Source: an uncultured Pelagibacteraceae bacterium
GTDB taxonomy: Bacteria; Pseudomonadota; Alphaproteobacteria; Pelagibacterales; Pelagibacteraceae
Assembly: GCA_902603945.1 (NCBI GenBank)
Contig: CACKWP010000001.1
Span: 38,742-102,741 of the forward strand
Direction: 5' to 3'
DNA length: 64,000 nt
The notes under the pieces are model-generated. The model had not been told where the DNA came from, ran no database searches, and was given only the letters and a program-made list of their open reading frames with translations. Position 1 is the stretch's first letter; each line of letters begins with the position of its first letter. Below, piece after piece: positions 26,542 through 37,237 of the stretch. The position numbers and the translations under genes are program-made.

Positions 26542-27832
26542 TTTTAAAAAAATCTAAGTTTTTTTTTATATTATACTGATCAATAAGAAGTTGTGCTCTA
26601 TTTTTCTTATTTTTAATTACATTTTGAGTATGTCTTAAATAAATAGTCTCATCTTGATTTTTACGATTTTTTTTATTTCTTTTTATTAGACCATCTTTTG
26701 ATAATTTTAAAAAAATTTTACTCCATTCATGTAAAGTTTTTCCCTCAAGTTCGGTTTCTAAACCTTTTTTGGAAGAAAGAATATAAGCATTCATAACATT
26801 CTCTTTTTTCCAATTTTTAATAATATTAAAGGCCTCGTCTAAAGAAGAATAGAGTAAACCAGTTAGAAAGGCTGGTCCATCACAAAAACATTCCCAATCG
26901 CATGTATCAAGTGATCTTAATTCTACAAATTGTTTTAATCTTACTTCAGAAAAAATTGTAGCTAGGTGAATTTCGAAATCTTTTAAATTTGCTTGATTAT
27001 TAACTTTATTAAATTTACCTTCGATAAAATCTTGAAAAGTTTGCCCAGTGGGCTGAACATATTTTCCATCTCTTATGATAAATAGAACAGGATATCTAAC
27101 AACATGATCAAAATATTTCTCAAACGTAACTTTTTCAAAAGCAATAGGCATAATTCCGCCTCTTGAAGTTTTTTGCCAAACTTTACTTCTGTAAGAGTAA
27201 AATCCTGAAGGTTTTTCATCTTTAAAAGGTGAGTTTGCATATAATCCTATTAAAAGAGGAGTTAAGTAATTTCCTAATTTAAAAATTTTCTCAAAATTTT
27301 CTTCAGAGGTGTAGTCAAAATTAACTTGAATTCCGCAGGTTCTATACATCATATCTAAACTTAACTCTCCACCTTTCGGCATTTCGATTGTCATAATTCT
27401 ATATCTATTCTTTGGGCTTTTAGGAATATTTGGTAAATCATTATAAGGATCAAAACCTATTGAAATGGTACTCACATCTAGACCTTCACTAGCTTTTTTA
27501 ATTTCCTGTAAAAATTTTGAGCTTTCACTACAAACTTGATGAATATTTTCCAAAGGTTCTCCAGAAAGTTCACACTGTAACCCTGGTTCAGTTGTAATCT
27601 GTTGCTTACCTCTTCGCATTCCAATTATACTCTCTCCCTCAAAAATAGGTGACCAATTTTCTGATTTAAGATTTTCAAATAACTTTTTTAAAGTAGGGTA
27701 TTCAATTCTTTTTTTTTTATCTTTACCTGTAAATAAAAATCTTTCGTGCTCTACACCAATCTTAAGTTGGTTTTTTTTTTTGACTCCGTTCGTAAAATAC
27801 TCAATAAATTGAGATTTTAAATCTTCTTTCAT
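26507..27832 (-). CDS. gshA: Glutamate-cysteine ligase (plant/alphaproteobacterial type)
   Basis: IGVEHERF, EPGLQCELSG, PKNRYRIM, MMYRTCGIQVNFD, EVRLK. Confidence 0.92.
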   Translation of the reverse strand: MKEDLKSQFIEYFTNGVKKKNQLKIGVEHERFLFTGKDKKKRIEYPTLKKLFENLKSENWSPIFEGESIIGMRRGKQQITTEPGLQCELSGEPLENIHQVCSESSKFLQEIKKASEGLDVSTISIGFDPYNDLPNIPKSPKNRYRIMTIEMPKGGELSLDMMYRTCGIQVNFDYTSEENFEKIFKLGNYLTPLLIGLYANSPFKDEKPSGFYSYRSKVWQKTSRGGIMPIAFEKVTFEKYFDHVVRYPVLFIIRDGKYVQPTGQTFQDFIEGKFNKVNNQANLKDFEIHLATIFSEVRLKQFVELRSLDTCDWECFCDGPAFLTGLLYSSLDEAFNIIKNWKKENVMNAYILSSKKGLETELEGKTLHEWSKIFLKLSKDGLIKRNKKNRKNQDETIYLRHTQNVIKNKKNRAQLLIDQYNIKKNLDFFKNEKENFSYSGL

Positions 27833-27835
27833 GCT

Positions 27836-28141
27836 TTAAAAACAGTTTTTGCTGCTAAAGCCTACTACCACATTTTTAGGATTAACCTCAAATTTTCTCT
27901 CACATTTTATCTTATATTTTTCTGTGACATAAACGTAGTTCCTGTTTCTTGATTCTAAAAATTCGATCTTATCTGGTTGACCGTAAAAATTTTTTAATTC
28001 TGACTCTGATTTGTTAAGCCACTTAGTTAATTCTTTACGTTCTTGTGTAGTTGTATCGTCAATTTTTTTTGACACGGTCTGGCAACCGAGAACACTGAAT
28101 AAAATTAATGTGTATAAAATGCGTAAATAAAACTTTTTCAT
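27836..28141 (-). CDS. Putative lipoprotein
   Basis: VLGC lipobox; YGQPD motif. Confidence 0.7.
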   Translation of the reverse strand: MKKFYLRILYTLILFSVLGCQTVSKKIDDTTTQERKELTKWLNKSESELKNFYGQPDKIEFLESRNRNYVYVTEKYKIKCERKFEVNPKNVVVGFSSKNCF

Positions 28142-28274
28142 TTTAACCTTATTTTATAACGAAAAGTTATAAACAGATATATTTACCCTAGGTTGAATCT
28201 AAACAGCTATGACAGATTTAGTTAAGATTTTGTTAGATATTTAGAGTAATTAAGTTTCGTGGAGGTATTATTTT

Positions 28275-29585
28275 ATGATGGATAAATATTTTGAATATAG
28301 AAAACATAAGACAAATTTTAAAACAGAGGTAATTGCTGGTGTAACGACGTTTCTTACAATGGCTTACATAATGTTTTTAAACCCTTTTATTTTATCTGGT
28401 GAATTTGCCGGAACAGAAAAAGGTTTTTTTGACTTTGGAGCAGTATTCACTGCAACAATATTAGCGACAGCATTAGCCTGTTTCATAATGGCTTTCCATG
28501 GTCGTACATGGCCAATTGGATTAGCGCCTGGAATGGGGATCAATGCCTTTGTTGCGTACGGAGTTGTAGCGGGAATGGGTTATACACCGCAGGCTGCTTT
28601 AGGAGCAGTGCTAGTTGCAGGAGTAATTTTCTTAGGAATCTCACTAACGCCTTTAAGAGCTTGGTTAATCAACTCTATACCTAAAAGTTTAAAATTAGGT
28701 ATTGGTGCTGGAATAGGATTATTCTTAGCAATTATTGGTCTGGAAATAATGGGGGTGGTTGGAGATCACCCAGTTACATTAGTGACTCTTGGTGATATTA
28801 AAAATCCCTTGGTGCTTTTGGGATGTTTAGCTTTTGTTTTCATGATTGTGTTAGAAAAAATGAAAATAAGAGGGAATATCATTATTGGAATACTTCTATT
28901 TAGTATTATTGCTTGGGCCACTGGCTTAGCAAAGTTTAATGGTGTAGTCGGATCAATTCCTCCTATGACGTACCTTTTTGAATTTGACCTAAAAGCTGCG
29001 CTAACAGCTGGTATGGCTTCAATAGTATTCACTTTACTTTTTATCGACTTCTTTGATACGGCAGGGACTTTGACGTCTGTTGCGAATGTAGCGGGTAAGG
29101 TAGATAAAAAAGGTAAAGTTCAAGATATTAACAAAGCAATGCTTTCGGACAGCGTTGGAACAGTTGCTGGTGCAATGATGGGAACTACTACTGTAACAAG
29201 TTATGTAGAGTCTGGTGCTGGTGTAAAAGCTGGCGGTAGGACAGGAATGACGTCATTAGTAATAGGTGTATTATTCTTAGCATGTTTATTCTTTTCGCCT
29301 CTGGCCACAAGTCTTCCAAAAGAAATTGATGGTGCAGCTTTGTTGTATGTTGCAATATTGTTTGTGAGAAATATCACAGATATTGAATGGAATGATATAG
29401 CTGAATCGGGGCCTGCAGTTGTTGCTATGATAACTATGCCTCTTACGTATAGTATAAGTAATGGTATAGCTCTTGCGTTCATATCTTATGCATTAATTCA
29501 AATATTTACAGGAAAGTTTGGAAAAACTTCTCCTGCAATTTGGGTTATTGCGGCATTCAGCGTAATAAGTTTTTACGTAGCTTAA
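28275..29585 (+). CDS. NCS2/AzgA-family purine permease
   Basis: AGVTTFLTMAYI, APGMG, FFDTAGT, YVESGAGV..GGRTG, PLTYSISNG. Confidence 0.93.
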   Translation: MMDKYFEYRKHKTNFKTEVIAGVTTFLTMAYIMFLNPFILSGEFAGTEKGFFDFGAVFTATILATALACFIMAFHGRTWPIGLAPGMGINAFVAYGVVAGMGYTPQAALGAVLVAGVIFLGISLTPLRAWLINSIPKSLKLGIGAGIGLFLAIIGLEIMGVVGDHPVTLVTLGDIKNPLVLLGCLAFVFMIVLEKMKIRGNIIIGILLFSIIAWATGLAKFNGVVGSIPPMTYLFEFDLKAALTAGMASIVFTLLFIDFFDTAGTLTSVANVAGKVDKKGKVQDINKAMLSDSVGTVAGAMMGTTTVTSYVESGAGVKAGGRTGMTSLVIGVLFLACLFFSPLATSLPKEIDGAALLYVAILFVRNITDIEWNDIAESGPAVVAMITMPLTYSISNGIALAFISYALIQIFTGKFGKTSPAIWVIAAFSVISFYVA

Positions 29586-29592
29586 AAATTTT

Positions 29593-29614
29593 AGGGCCAG
29601 TTAAACCTGGCCCT
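29593..29614. terminator. Terminator hairpin between convergent genes
   Basis: AGGGCCAG-TTAAAC-CTGGCCCT. Confidence 0.7.
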
Positions 29615-30141
29615 TAATTCTTTCTATGTTTCTTTATTAAGTCCTCAACTCTTACTTCCTCGTAATGCTCGAATGGTTGAACTATCCAAGGATTACTGGC
29701 TAATCTCTGAGCACAAAAATCAGGTTCAAACGTAGAATCTTTTTTCTTCCAAAGCACAGCTGTTCTAATTTCGTTAATCTTTTCTTTTAATGGTGGATAT
29801 TTTTTTAACCAGTCGATACTTTTATTTAGTGTAACTCCAGTATCTGACAAATCATCACATAATAAAATATTACCTTTCATATCTTGCACGGTTGAACTCA
29901 TCTCTCTTGAAAAGACTAAATCACCTTGTTGATCTTCTATACCATCGCCGGAGTAAGATTCGACCGCCAAATATGCACACTTTAATTTAAAAACTCGACT
30001 TAATACGTCAATTATAGGTGCACCCCCTCTCATTATACCTATAAGCAAATTAGGTTTGTAACCACTTTTATGAATTTGTATTGCAAGTTTTTCTACGATT
30101 TGATTGTACTCTTTCCAATCAATGATAAGTTTATCTGCCAT
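29614..30141 (-). CDS. Purine phosphoribosyltransferase (Gpt/Hpt-like)
   Basis: IMRGG, LLCDDLSDTGVT PRPP motif, WIVQPFE. Confidence 0.85.
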   Translation of the reverse strand: MADKLIIDWKEYNQIVEKLAIQIHKSGYKPNLLIGIMRGGAPIIDVLSRVFKLKCAYLAVESYSGDGIEDQQGDLVFSREMSSTVQDMKGNILLCDDLSDTGVTLNKSIDWLKKYPPLKEKINEIRTAVLWKKKDSTFEPDFCAQRLASNPWIVQPFEHYEEVRVEDLIKKHRKN

Positions 30142-30174
30142 GAAGAAAGCTAATTTATTTTCAAGGAGTTGTAA

Positions 30175-30465
30175 ATGAAAGGATATGTAGTTTGTGTTTA
30201 TAAAAATATTACTAATGAGAAAAAACTTAGCGAATATGCTGTGAAAGCTAAAGCTGCGGTTGAAAAATTTAAAGGCAAATTTCTTGTAAGAGGTGGAAGA
30301 TCAACATCAAATGAAGGTGAAATATCTCCTAGGACGGTAATTATTGAGTTTCCCTCATACAATGAAGCTAATGCTTTTTACAAATCCAAAGAGTATCAGG
30401 AAGCACATTTGATACTTAAAGGATATGCGGATAGGCAACATCAAACCGTTGAAGGCGCTTCTTAA
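30175..30465 (+). CDS. DUF1330 domain protein
   Basis: GKFLVRGG, IIEFPS, YKSKEYQ. Confidence 0.85.
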   Translation: MKGYVVCVYKNITNEKKLSEYAVKAKAAVEKFKGKFLVRGGRSTSNEGEISPRTVIIEFPSYNEANAFYKSKEYQEAHLILKGYADRQHQTVEGAS

Positions 30466-31085
30466 TATTGAATAGGTTCGTCATCAATTGATCTCCATAA
30501 GTACCAAGTTGCGACTGAACAGTATGGTGTAAATTTTTTATAAAGTTTGTTTAGAAATGTTTTTGGTGGAAAATATTTTTTTTTGTAATTATTTGATATT
30601 GCTCGTAGTAAACCAATATCTTGAAGTGGCCAAATATTTGATCTATTAAAAGTGAATAATAAGATCATTTCAGCAGACCATCTTCCAATCTGTCTTAGTT
30701 GAGATAAATATTCTATAGCTTCTTCATCATTCATTTTTTTAATTAATTGAGGATTGAATTCCTTATTAATAAATTTTTTTGCTAAATCTTTAATGCCTCT
30801 TACTTTTTGTCTGCTCAAGCCACATCTCTTTAATGATTGAGTTGATAATGTACTCACAACTTTTGCATTAATCTTTCCTTTACAGCTTTTCTCAAATTTT
30901 GAAAAAACTGAATTAGCTGCAGCTACACTAATCTGTTGTCCTATAATGCTTTTGCATAGTGAAAAAAAAACATCATTTCTTGTTACTAGTGCGCCGTCTT
31001 TGTAAGAACTGATTAATTTTTTCATGACTTTATCTTTTTTGGATAAAATAGATTTTGCCTTGTTCCAATAATTCGGCTTTCTCAT
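30462..31085 (-). CDS. alkA: DNA-3-methyladenine glycosylase II (HhH-GPD)
   Basis: IIGQQIS, GLSRQK, IGRWSAEM, P..DIG, WYLWRS. Confidence 0.88.
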   Translation of the reverse strand: MRKPNYWNKAKSILSKKDKVMKKLISSYKDGALVTRNDVFFSLCKSIIGQQISVAAANSVFSKFEKSCKGKINAKVVSTLSTQSLKRCGLSRQKVRGIKDLAKKFINKEFNPQLIKKMNDEEAIEYLSQLRQIGRWSAEMILLFTFNRSNIWPLQDIGLLRAISNNYKKKYFPPKTFLNKLYKKFTPYCSVATWYLWRSIDDEPIQY

Positions 31086-31963
31086 GCTCTTGGATTGACT
31101 ATTTGTTTTTTAAGTTGAGACTCTCTTATAAATATTATTAACGAGCTTGCGATGACTAATAGTGCGCCAAATAAAGTTAAGATCTTAGGAACTTCACTCC
31201 AAATTAAAAATCCAAATACGATTGCAAACACAAGGCTTAAATATTTAATTGGTGTAACTAATGATGCCTCAGCTAGTCTATAACTTTGCGTTAAAAGAAG
31301 ATTTGCTATACTTCCGCATAAACCCATGATCGTAAAAATTATAAAATCTATTAATGTTGGTATTTTCCACTCTTCAAAAAATATGGTTCCAAGGCCAATT
31401 AAAGTACAAAGCAAAGTAAAATAAAATGCGATCGTGTAGTTAGGTTCAGTTTTTGATAAAGACCTTACGCTAATTGCTACACACGCGAAAAAAATACAAA
31501 ATACTATTGGAGTGATATAGAAATAATTTAAATCTATAAAAGCAGGCTGCACTATCAATAACATTCCAATAAAACCTAAAAATACAGCCGACCATCTTTT
31601 AATTCCAACTTTTTCAGATAGAAAAAAAATTGAGGCTACTGTAACGAATATTGGTCCTCCAAAAGTTAGAGATACAACATCGGCCAACGGTAATTCTCTT
31701 AATCCTATAAATAATGCAATAATTGCGGCTGCTCCTGAAATAGCACGGAACGCATGAAGACCGGGTCTTGATGTTTTGTAAAAACTAAATAATTTATCTC
31801 TCGGAATGATGAAGTAAATTGGAATAAATCCTATAAAGAACCTTAAAAATAAAACTTGTCCAACTGGATAATAATCAAGCCATTTCACACAGATATCCAT
31901 GATTGAAAAGCAAATAACGCTTCCTAACATGTACAATACGCCTATTTGATTTTGTGTTAACAA
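31082..31963 (-). CDS. DMT/EamA family transporter
   Basis: About 10 TM helices, LSEKVG..RW, AEAS..PIKY. Confidence 0.88.
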   Translation of the reverse strand: MLTQNQIGVLYMLGSVICFSIMDICVKWLDYYPVGQVLFLRFFIGFIPIYFIIPRDKLFSFYKTSRPGLHAFRAISGAAAIIALFIGLRELPLADVVSLTFGGPIFVTVASIFFLSEKVGIKRWSAVFLGFIGMLLIVQPAFIDLNYFYITPIVFCIFFACVAISVRSLSKTEPNYTIAFYFTLLCTLIGLGTIFFEEWKIPTLIDFIIFTIMGLCGSIANLLLTQSYRLAEASLVTPIKYLSLVFAIVFGFLIWSEVPKILTLFGALLVIASSLIIFIRESQLKKQIVNPRA

Positions 31964-32002
31964 TTTACTATCCTTTCAACTTCAAAATATATTAGATAAC
32001 TT

Positions 32003-32449
32003 ATGCAGAAATGTACACTCGCACTTGGCTGTTTTTGGAAACCTGAGGAAAACTTCAAAAATAAACCCGGAATATTAGAAACCGAAGTAGGTTATGCTGG
32101 TGGTAATAGCGAGCAGACAACATATGAAGAAGTATGTACTGGTAGCACTGGACATGCTGAAGTTGTAAGGCTTACCTTTGATGAAAATAAAATTTCGTTT
32201 AAAAAAATATTAGGTTTATTTTTTAAAATGCATGATCCAACACAAAAAGATATGCAATTTCCAGATGTTGGAACTCAATATAGAAGTGAGATTTTTTATG
32301 AAGATGAAAAGCAAAAACAAGACGCTTTGGAAGTTTTAAAAGAATTTAACGAAAAATTAGATGGTAAAATTCAGACAAATATTTCAAAAATTAAAAACTA
32401 CAATAAAGCTGAAGAATATCATCAAAAATATATTGAAAAGAACAGGTAA
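32003..32449 (+). CDS. msrA: Peptide methionine sulfoxide reductase A
   Basis: GCFW, GYAGG, TGHAE, HDPTQ, QYRS, AEEYHQKY. Confidence 0.95.
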   Translation: MQKCTLALGCFWKPEENFKNKPGILETEVGYAGGNSEQTTYEEVCTGSTGHAEVVRLTFDENKISFKKILGLFFKMHDPTQKDMQFPDVGTQYRSEIFYEDEKQKQDALEVLKEFNEKLDGKIQTNISKIKNYNKAEEYHQKYIEKNR

Positions 32450-33261
32450 TGAATCAATTAGTAACTACAGACTGGTTAGATAAGAATATTAAAAAAGTAA
32501 AAATTTTAGACGCTAGCTGGCATCTTCCAAATGCTAATAGAAATTCTTATGAGGAATACAAAATAGAACATATTATTAATTCTGTATTTTTTGATATAGA
32601 TAAAAATTCAAATCAAAAAACTAATCTTCCACACATGCTTCCTTCTAAAAAAGATTGGGAAAAAATTGTATCTGATTTAGGAATATCTAATTCAGATCAC
32701 GTAATTGTCTATGACAACTCAGATGTTTTTAGCTCTTGTAGGGTTTGGTACACTTTTTTGTATTTTGGTCATGACCCAAAACTTATCTCAGTATTAGACG
32801 GGGGTTTTAAAAAATGGATAAATGAAAAACGTCCCACTACTAAAGACCTAGCTAGCTCTGATAAATCCAAATACATTGCAGTTGAAAATACTTCTCTTGT
32901 GATAAATAAAGATGAAGTAAATAAAAATATTACTAATAATAAATTTCAATTACTGGACGCCAGAGGAGAACAAAGATTTTTAGGCTTACAGTCTGAACCC
33001 CGAAAAGAACTTAAAAGCGGAAACATTAAAGGATCAATAAACCTACCTTTCCAAAAACTTTTAAGAGAAGATAGAACTTTAAAAAAAAAAGAGGAATTAA
33101 TTGAGATTTTCAAATCAAAGAAAGTATCAATGGAAAAAGAAATGGCGTTTACATGTGGTTCTGGAGTTACAGCCTGCATTTTAGGTCTAGCTAATTCTAT
33201 TATAAGTGGTAAAAAACCTGTTATCTATGACGGTTCGTGGGCAGAGTACGGATTAGATTAA
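32449..33261 (+). CDS. sseA: 3-mercaptopyruvate sulfurtransferase (rhodanese)
   Basis: LPHMLP, VLDGG, CGSGVTA, YDGSWAE. Confidence 0.92.
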   Translation: MNQLVTTDWLDKNIKKVKILDASWHLPNANRNSYEEYKIEHIINSVFFDIDKNSNQKTNLPHMLPSKKDWEKIVSDLGISNSDHVIVYDNSDVFSSCRVWYTFLYFGHDPKLISVLDGGFKKWINEKRPTTKDLASSDKSKYIAVENTSLVINKDEVNKNITNNKFQLLDARGEQRFLGLQSEPRKELKSGNIKGSINLPFQKLLREDRTLKKKEELIEIFKSKKVSMEKEMAFTCGSGVTACILGLANSIISGKKPVIYDGSWAEYGLD

Positions 33262-33268
33262 AAAAAAA

Positions 33269-34141
33269 ATGAAAACTTCATCAAAAATTAAAACTTTACT
33301 AATAATTTTTTTTATAGCTATTTTTGCAATCATAGTAGCTAGGCATTTTATAGGTCTACATTTTAAAAAAAAGTTTAGCGTGAGACCAGCTCCAGGAGTA
33401 ATCGTTTCTACAGTTGAAAAATCGCTTTTTTATAAAAGTATTGAAACTTTTGGCACAGCTATTGCACAAAACTCAAAAGCTTATAGGGTCCAAGCTAGTA
33501 ATATAAATGGAAAGCTAAATCTAGAGAATAGATTTGTAAAAAAAGGAGAAAAAATACTTTCATTAAAAGATGGAGAAAGCTTAATAGCAGATTTTGCTGG
33601 CAAGGTAGGAAAGAGGGAAATAGCTCAAGGTGTCTTAGGTTCAGAAAGTTTAATTATTACACTTGATGACTTAAAAAAAATTGTAATTGATATTAAAATA
33701 CCTGAAAATTATGTAGGTGTCCTTAAAACAGGACTAAGAGCTGACGTAACTAGTTCTGCCTATAAAAAAGTTTTTAAGGGTAAAATAGAAACAATTAGTT
33801 CTCGTATTGACCCTTCTACGAGATCAATTCTGTCAAGAATAATAGTCGATAATTCAAATTTTGAAATTATTCCAGGTCAACTAATGACTGTAAAAATTAT
33901 CTATGATGAAAAAAACCAAATTGGTGTGCCAGAAAGTGCTGTAACAATTCAGGGGAATACAGCGTTTGTTTACACTGTAAATGATGACACTGCTGAAAAA
34001 AAGAATATCGAAATTGGTAAAAGAAATTTTGGTAAAGTTTCAGTTATATCTGGATTAAATGAAGGTGATATTGTGATTAGCGAGGGTGTTTCTAAAGTGA
34101 GAGATAAAGGTAAAATTAAAATTGTTACATCAGCAAAATAA
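33269..34141 (+). CDS. RND periplasmic adaptor (MFP) lacking the alpha-hairpin
   Basis: N-terminal TM, lipoyl halves, IPE, RIDPSTR, PGQ, VPESAV, SGLNEGD. Confidence 0.88.
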   Translation: MKTSSKIKTLLIIFFIAIFAIIVARHFIGLHFKKKFSVRPAPGVIVSTVEKSLFYKSIETFGTAIAQNSKAYRVQASNINGKLNLENRFVKKGEKILSLKDGESLIADFAGKVGKREIAQGVLGSESLIITLDDLKKIVIDIKIPENYVGVLKTGLRADVTSSAYKKVFKGKIETISSRIDPSTRSILSRIIVDNSNFEIIPGQLMTVKIIYDEKNQIGVPESAVTIQGNTAFVYTVNDDTAEKKNIEIGKRNFGKVSVISGLNEGDIVISEGVSKVRDKGKIKIVTSAK

Positions 34142-37100
34142 ATGTTTTTAACTGACCTTTCAATCAAACGACCTGTTGTAGCCTCAGTAATGAGTTTAGT
34201 TTTAGTTATATTTGGTTTAGTAACTTTTCAAGAAATACCAACAGACGAATTGCCTGATGTTCAGCCGCCAGTTGTTACAATTCAAACTGAATATAGAGGC
34301 GCTTCGGCTGAAATAGTTGACACACAAATTACACAAAAAATTGAAGATTTTGTTGGAGGCACTCCAGGATTAGAGACTATTGACTCTTTCAGTGAAGATG
34401 AAAGCTCTAGAATTACTCTAACATTTGAAACTGATTTAGATTTAGACGATGTAACTAACGATGTCAGAAGTTCTGTATCTAGAGTTTTAGATAACTTACC
34501 AGAAGGGGCTGAACAACCCGAAATATTTAAACAAAGTGCAGGTATGCGTACAACAATGTGGTTATCTTTTAATTCTGAAACTATGTCTGACTTGGAGTTA
34601 ACTGACTACGCAGATAGATATTTAACGGATACATTTTCTACAGTTGATGGCGTAGGTCGAGTTAGACTTGGTGGTCAAAGAGAATTATCACTTAGGATTT
34701 GGTTGGACCCTATTGCACTTGCTGCTAGAGATTTAACCACCCAAGAAGTTGAAAACGTATTAAGGAAGGAAAATGTAGAATTTCCAGCAGGGAGAATAGA
34801 ATCAAAAGATATTGATCTTACGATTAAGTTGAATAAAGCCTACAGTAATTTAGAAAATTATAAAAATTTACCACTTAAAAGAGCAACTGACGGATCAATT
34901 ATTAAACTTTCTGATGTAGCAAGAGTAGAGCTTGGCGCAGAGTCAACTCGTACTTTATTTAAAGGCAATGGAAAGCAAGTGGTAGGAATAGGTATTTACC
35001 AGCAATCAGATGCTAATACTATTGCTGTTGCCGATGGAATTAAAAAGAAAATTAAAGAGCTCAAATCTAGCTTGCCCCCGAATACAACATTAGAAGTTTC
35101 ATTTGACAGAAGTAACTATATTAAAGCTGCAATTAAAGAAGTTTATAAAACTCTTTTTATTGCTTTGATTTTAGTAACTATAATTATTTACCTTTTTTTG
35201 GGAAATATAAGAGCCTTGGTGGTTCCTTTGGTAGCTTTACCAGTCTCATTAATTTCAACTTTTTTAGCAATTTATATTTTTGATTTTTCAATCAACCTCT
35301 TTACTCTTATGGCTTTAGTATTAGCCATCGGAATTGTTGTAGATGATGCGATTGTAATGTTAGAAAATATTGTAAGAAGAATAGAGTTAGGAGATACCCC
35401 TCTTGTTGCAGCATTTAAAGGAGCTAAGCAAGTTTCATTCGCAATTATCGCTACAACAGTCGTTTTGGTTGCTGTCTTTGTCCCTTTAATTTTTATTAAA
35501 GGAATTACAGGTGTACTATTTACACAAACTGCAATCACACTTGCAGCCGCTGTCATTATATCAAGTTTTGTGGCTTTATCTTTGAGTCCAATGTTGGCGA
35601 GTAAATTTCTTAAGCAAAATATGAATAAGTCAAAAATAGTTTCAAAATTTGATAAATTTTTAAAGAATTTAACTTATTTATATAAAGTATCTTTGCTAGG
35701 TTGGATCAAAAAAAGAACGACGATAACAATCTTTCTATTAGCCACATTAGCTCTAACATTATTTTTTTTCAATTTTACAAAAAAAGAATTAATTGCTCCT
35801 GAAGACAGAGGGGCGTTCTTTGTAATCGTAAAAGCGCCTCAAGGTTCCGGCTTTAATTTTACGAAGGATAGAGCTGAGGAAATTGAAGATCTTTTATTGC
35901 CTAATGTAGGTAAAGGTGAATACAGAAAATTGATTATGAGAGTGCCAGGGTTTGGTAAATCCGCAAAACAAGTAAATAGTGGTTTTATTATTGTACTACT
36001 TGAGCCTTGGAAAAAAAGAGATCGTCACGGTGTTGAAATAATGAGAGAATCTTTTGGGAAAATTTCAAAAGTACCCGGTGTATTAGCTTTTCCAATCATG
36101 CCTCAAGGAATAAGAACAGGAGGAATTGAGAGCCCTGTGCAATTTGTTATTTTAGGAAATACGTATGATCAGCTTATTGAATGGAAAGAAATTATTAAAA
36201 AAGAGGCAAGAAAAAATCCAGGACTTACTTCGATAGAAGATGATTTCGATCTAAACAAACCTCAACTAAATGTAAAAATTGATCAAAAGAAAGCTGCTGA
36301 CCTTGGAGTTTCAACAGAGGATATAGGTAAAACCATTGAAACAATTTTCGGATCAAGAAGAGTAACAAATTTTACTAGAGACGGTAAAGAATATTCTATT
36401 ATTCTCCAAGGAGATATTAAAGATAGACAGGAGCCTGATAGCATAAGTAAAGTTTTTGTTAGATCAAAGAACAATAATAAACTTGTATCGATCTCTAATC
36501 TAGTTGCATACGATGAGGAAGGTCAGTCACCGTTCCTTGCAAGATATAATAGGCAAAAGGCTGTTACTATTTCAGCAAGATTAGTTGGCGACTATTCGCT
36601 TGATGAAGCGCTTAAATTTTTAGTCGGAGTAGTTGAACAAAATACTCCTCAAGCCAAAATAGCTTACAAAGGAGAAAGTGAAGAATATAAAAAAACTAAT
36701 ACTGAATTATATGTAATTTTTGCTCTTGCTTTAATTACTGCTTATCTTGCATTGAGCGCACAATTTGAAAGTTGGAAACATCCATTTACAATCATGTTAA
36801 CTGTTCCAATGGCTATACTTGGTGGTTTACTGGGTTTGCTCGTAGTCGGTTCATCTTTAAACGTCTACAGCCAAATAGCTCTTATAATTCTGATAGGATT
36901 GTCCGCAAAAAATGGAATTTTAATTGTTGAATTTGCAAATCAATTAAGAAAGGAAGGTAAAAATTTAGAAGTTGCCGTATTTGAATCAGCAGCTATAAGA
37001 TTAAGACCCATACTTATGACAAGTTTATCTACAATCATTGGGGTCTTGCCTTTAATTCTTGGAACTGGCCCGGGTGCAGCAAGTAGACTTACTGTTGGGA

Positions 37101-37237
37101 TAACTATTTTCGGTGGAATGCTTTTTTCTACATTCTTTACGCTTTATGTAATTCCTACGATTTACACAATAGTTGGAAAAAATACAAAAAGGATTGATGC
37201 AGTAGAAATTGATTTAAATAAACAGCTTAAAAAATAA
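34142..37237 (+). CDS. RND efflux permease (HAE1/AcrB family)
   Basis: IKRPVVA, GIVVDDAIV, KNGILIVEFA, RLRPILMTS; 1031 aa. Confidence 0.95.
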   Translation: MFLTDLSIKRPVVASVMSLVLVIFGLVTFQEIPTDELPDVQPPVVTIQTEYRGASAEIVDTQITQKIEDFVGGTPGLETIDSFSEDESSRITLTFETDLDLDDVTNDVRSSVSRVLDNLPEGAEQPEIFKQSAGMRTTMWLSFNSETMSDLELTDYADRYLTDTFSTVDGVGRVRLGGQRELSLRIWLDPIALAARDLTTQEVENVLRKENVEFPAGRIESKDIDLTIKLNKAYSNLENYKNLPLKRATDGSIIKLSDVARVELGAESTRTLFKGNGKQVVGIGIYQQSDANTIAVADGIKKKIKELKSSLPPNTTLEVSFDRSNYIKAAIKEVYKTLFIALILVTIIIYLFLGNIRALVVPLVALPVSLISTFLAIYIFDFSINLFTLMALVLAIGIVVDDAIVMLENIVRRIELGDTPLVAAFKGAKQVSFAIIATTVVLVAVFVPLIFIKGITGVLFTQTAITLAAAVIISSFVALSLSPMLASKFLKQNMNKSKIVSKFDKFLKNLTYLYKVSLLGWIKKRTTITIFLLATLALTLFFFNFTKKELIAPEDRGAFFVIVKAPQGSGFNFTKDRAEEIEDLLLPNVGKGEYRKLIMRVPGFGKSAKQVNSGFIIVLLEPWKKRDRHGVEIMRESFGKISKVPGVLAFPIMPQGIRTGGIESPVQFVILGNTYDQLIEWKEIIKKEARKNPGLTSIEDDFDLNKPQLNVKIDQKKAADLGVSTEDIGKTIETIFGSRRVTNFTRDGKEYSIILQGDIKDRQEPDSISKVFVRSKNNNKLVSISNLVAYDEEGQSPFLARYNRQKAVTISARLVGDYSLDEALKFLVGVVEQNTPQAKIAYKGESEEYKKTNTELYVIFALALITAYLALSAQFESWKHPFTIMLTVPMAILGGLLGLLVVGSSLNVYSQIALIILIGLSAKNGILIVEFANQLRKEGKNLEVAVFESAAIRLRPILMTSLSTIIGVLPLILGTGPGAASRLTVGITIFGGMLFSTFFTLYVIPTIYTIVGKNTKRIDAVEIDLNKQLKK

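Noticed and set aside
27700-27785. Long homopolymer tracts as phase-variation or frameshift sites
   Set aside because: The reading frame is intact and such tracts are frequent throughout this AT-rich window
28142-28274. Purine riboswitch or operator before the NCS2 permease (TTATAAC/GTTATAA palindrome)
   Set aside because: No purine-aptamer core; an AT-only palindrome is expected by chance at this composition
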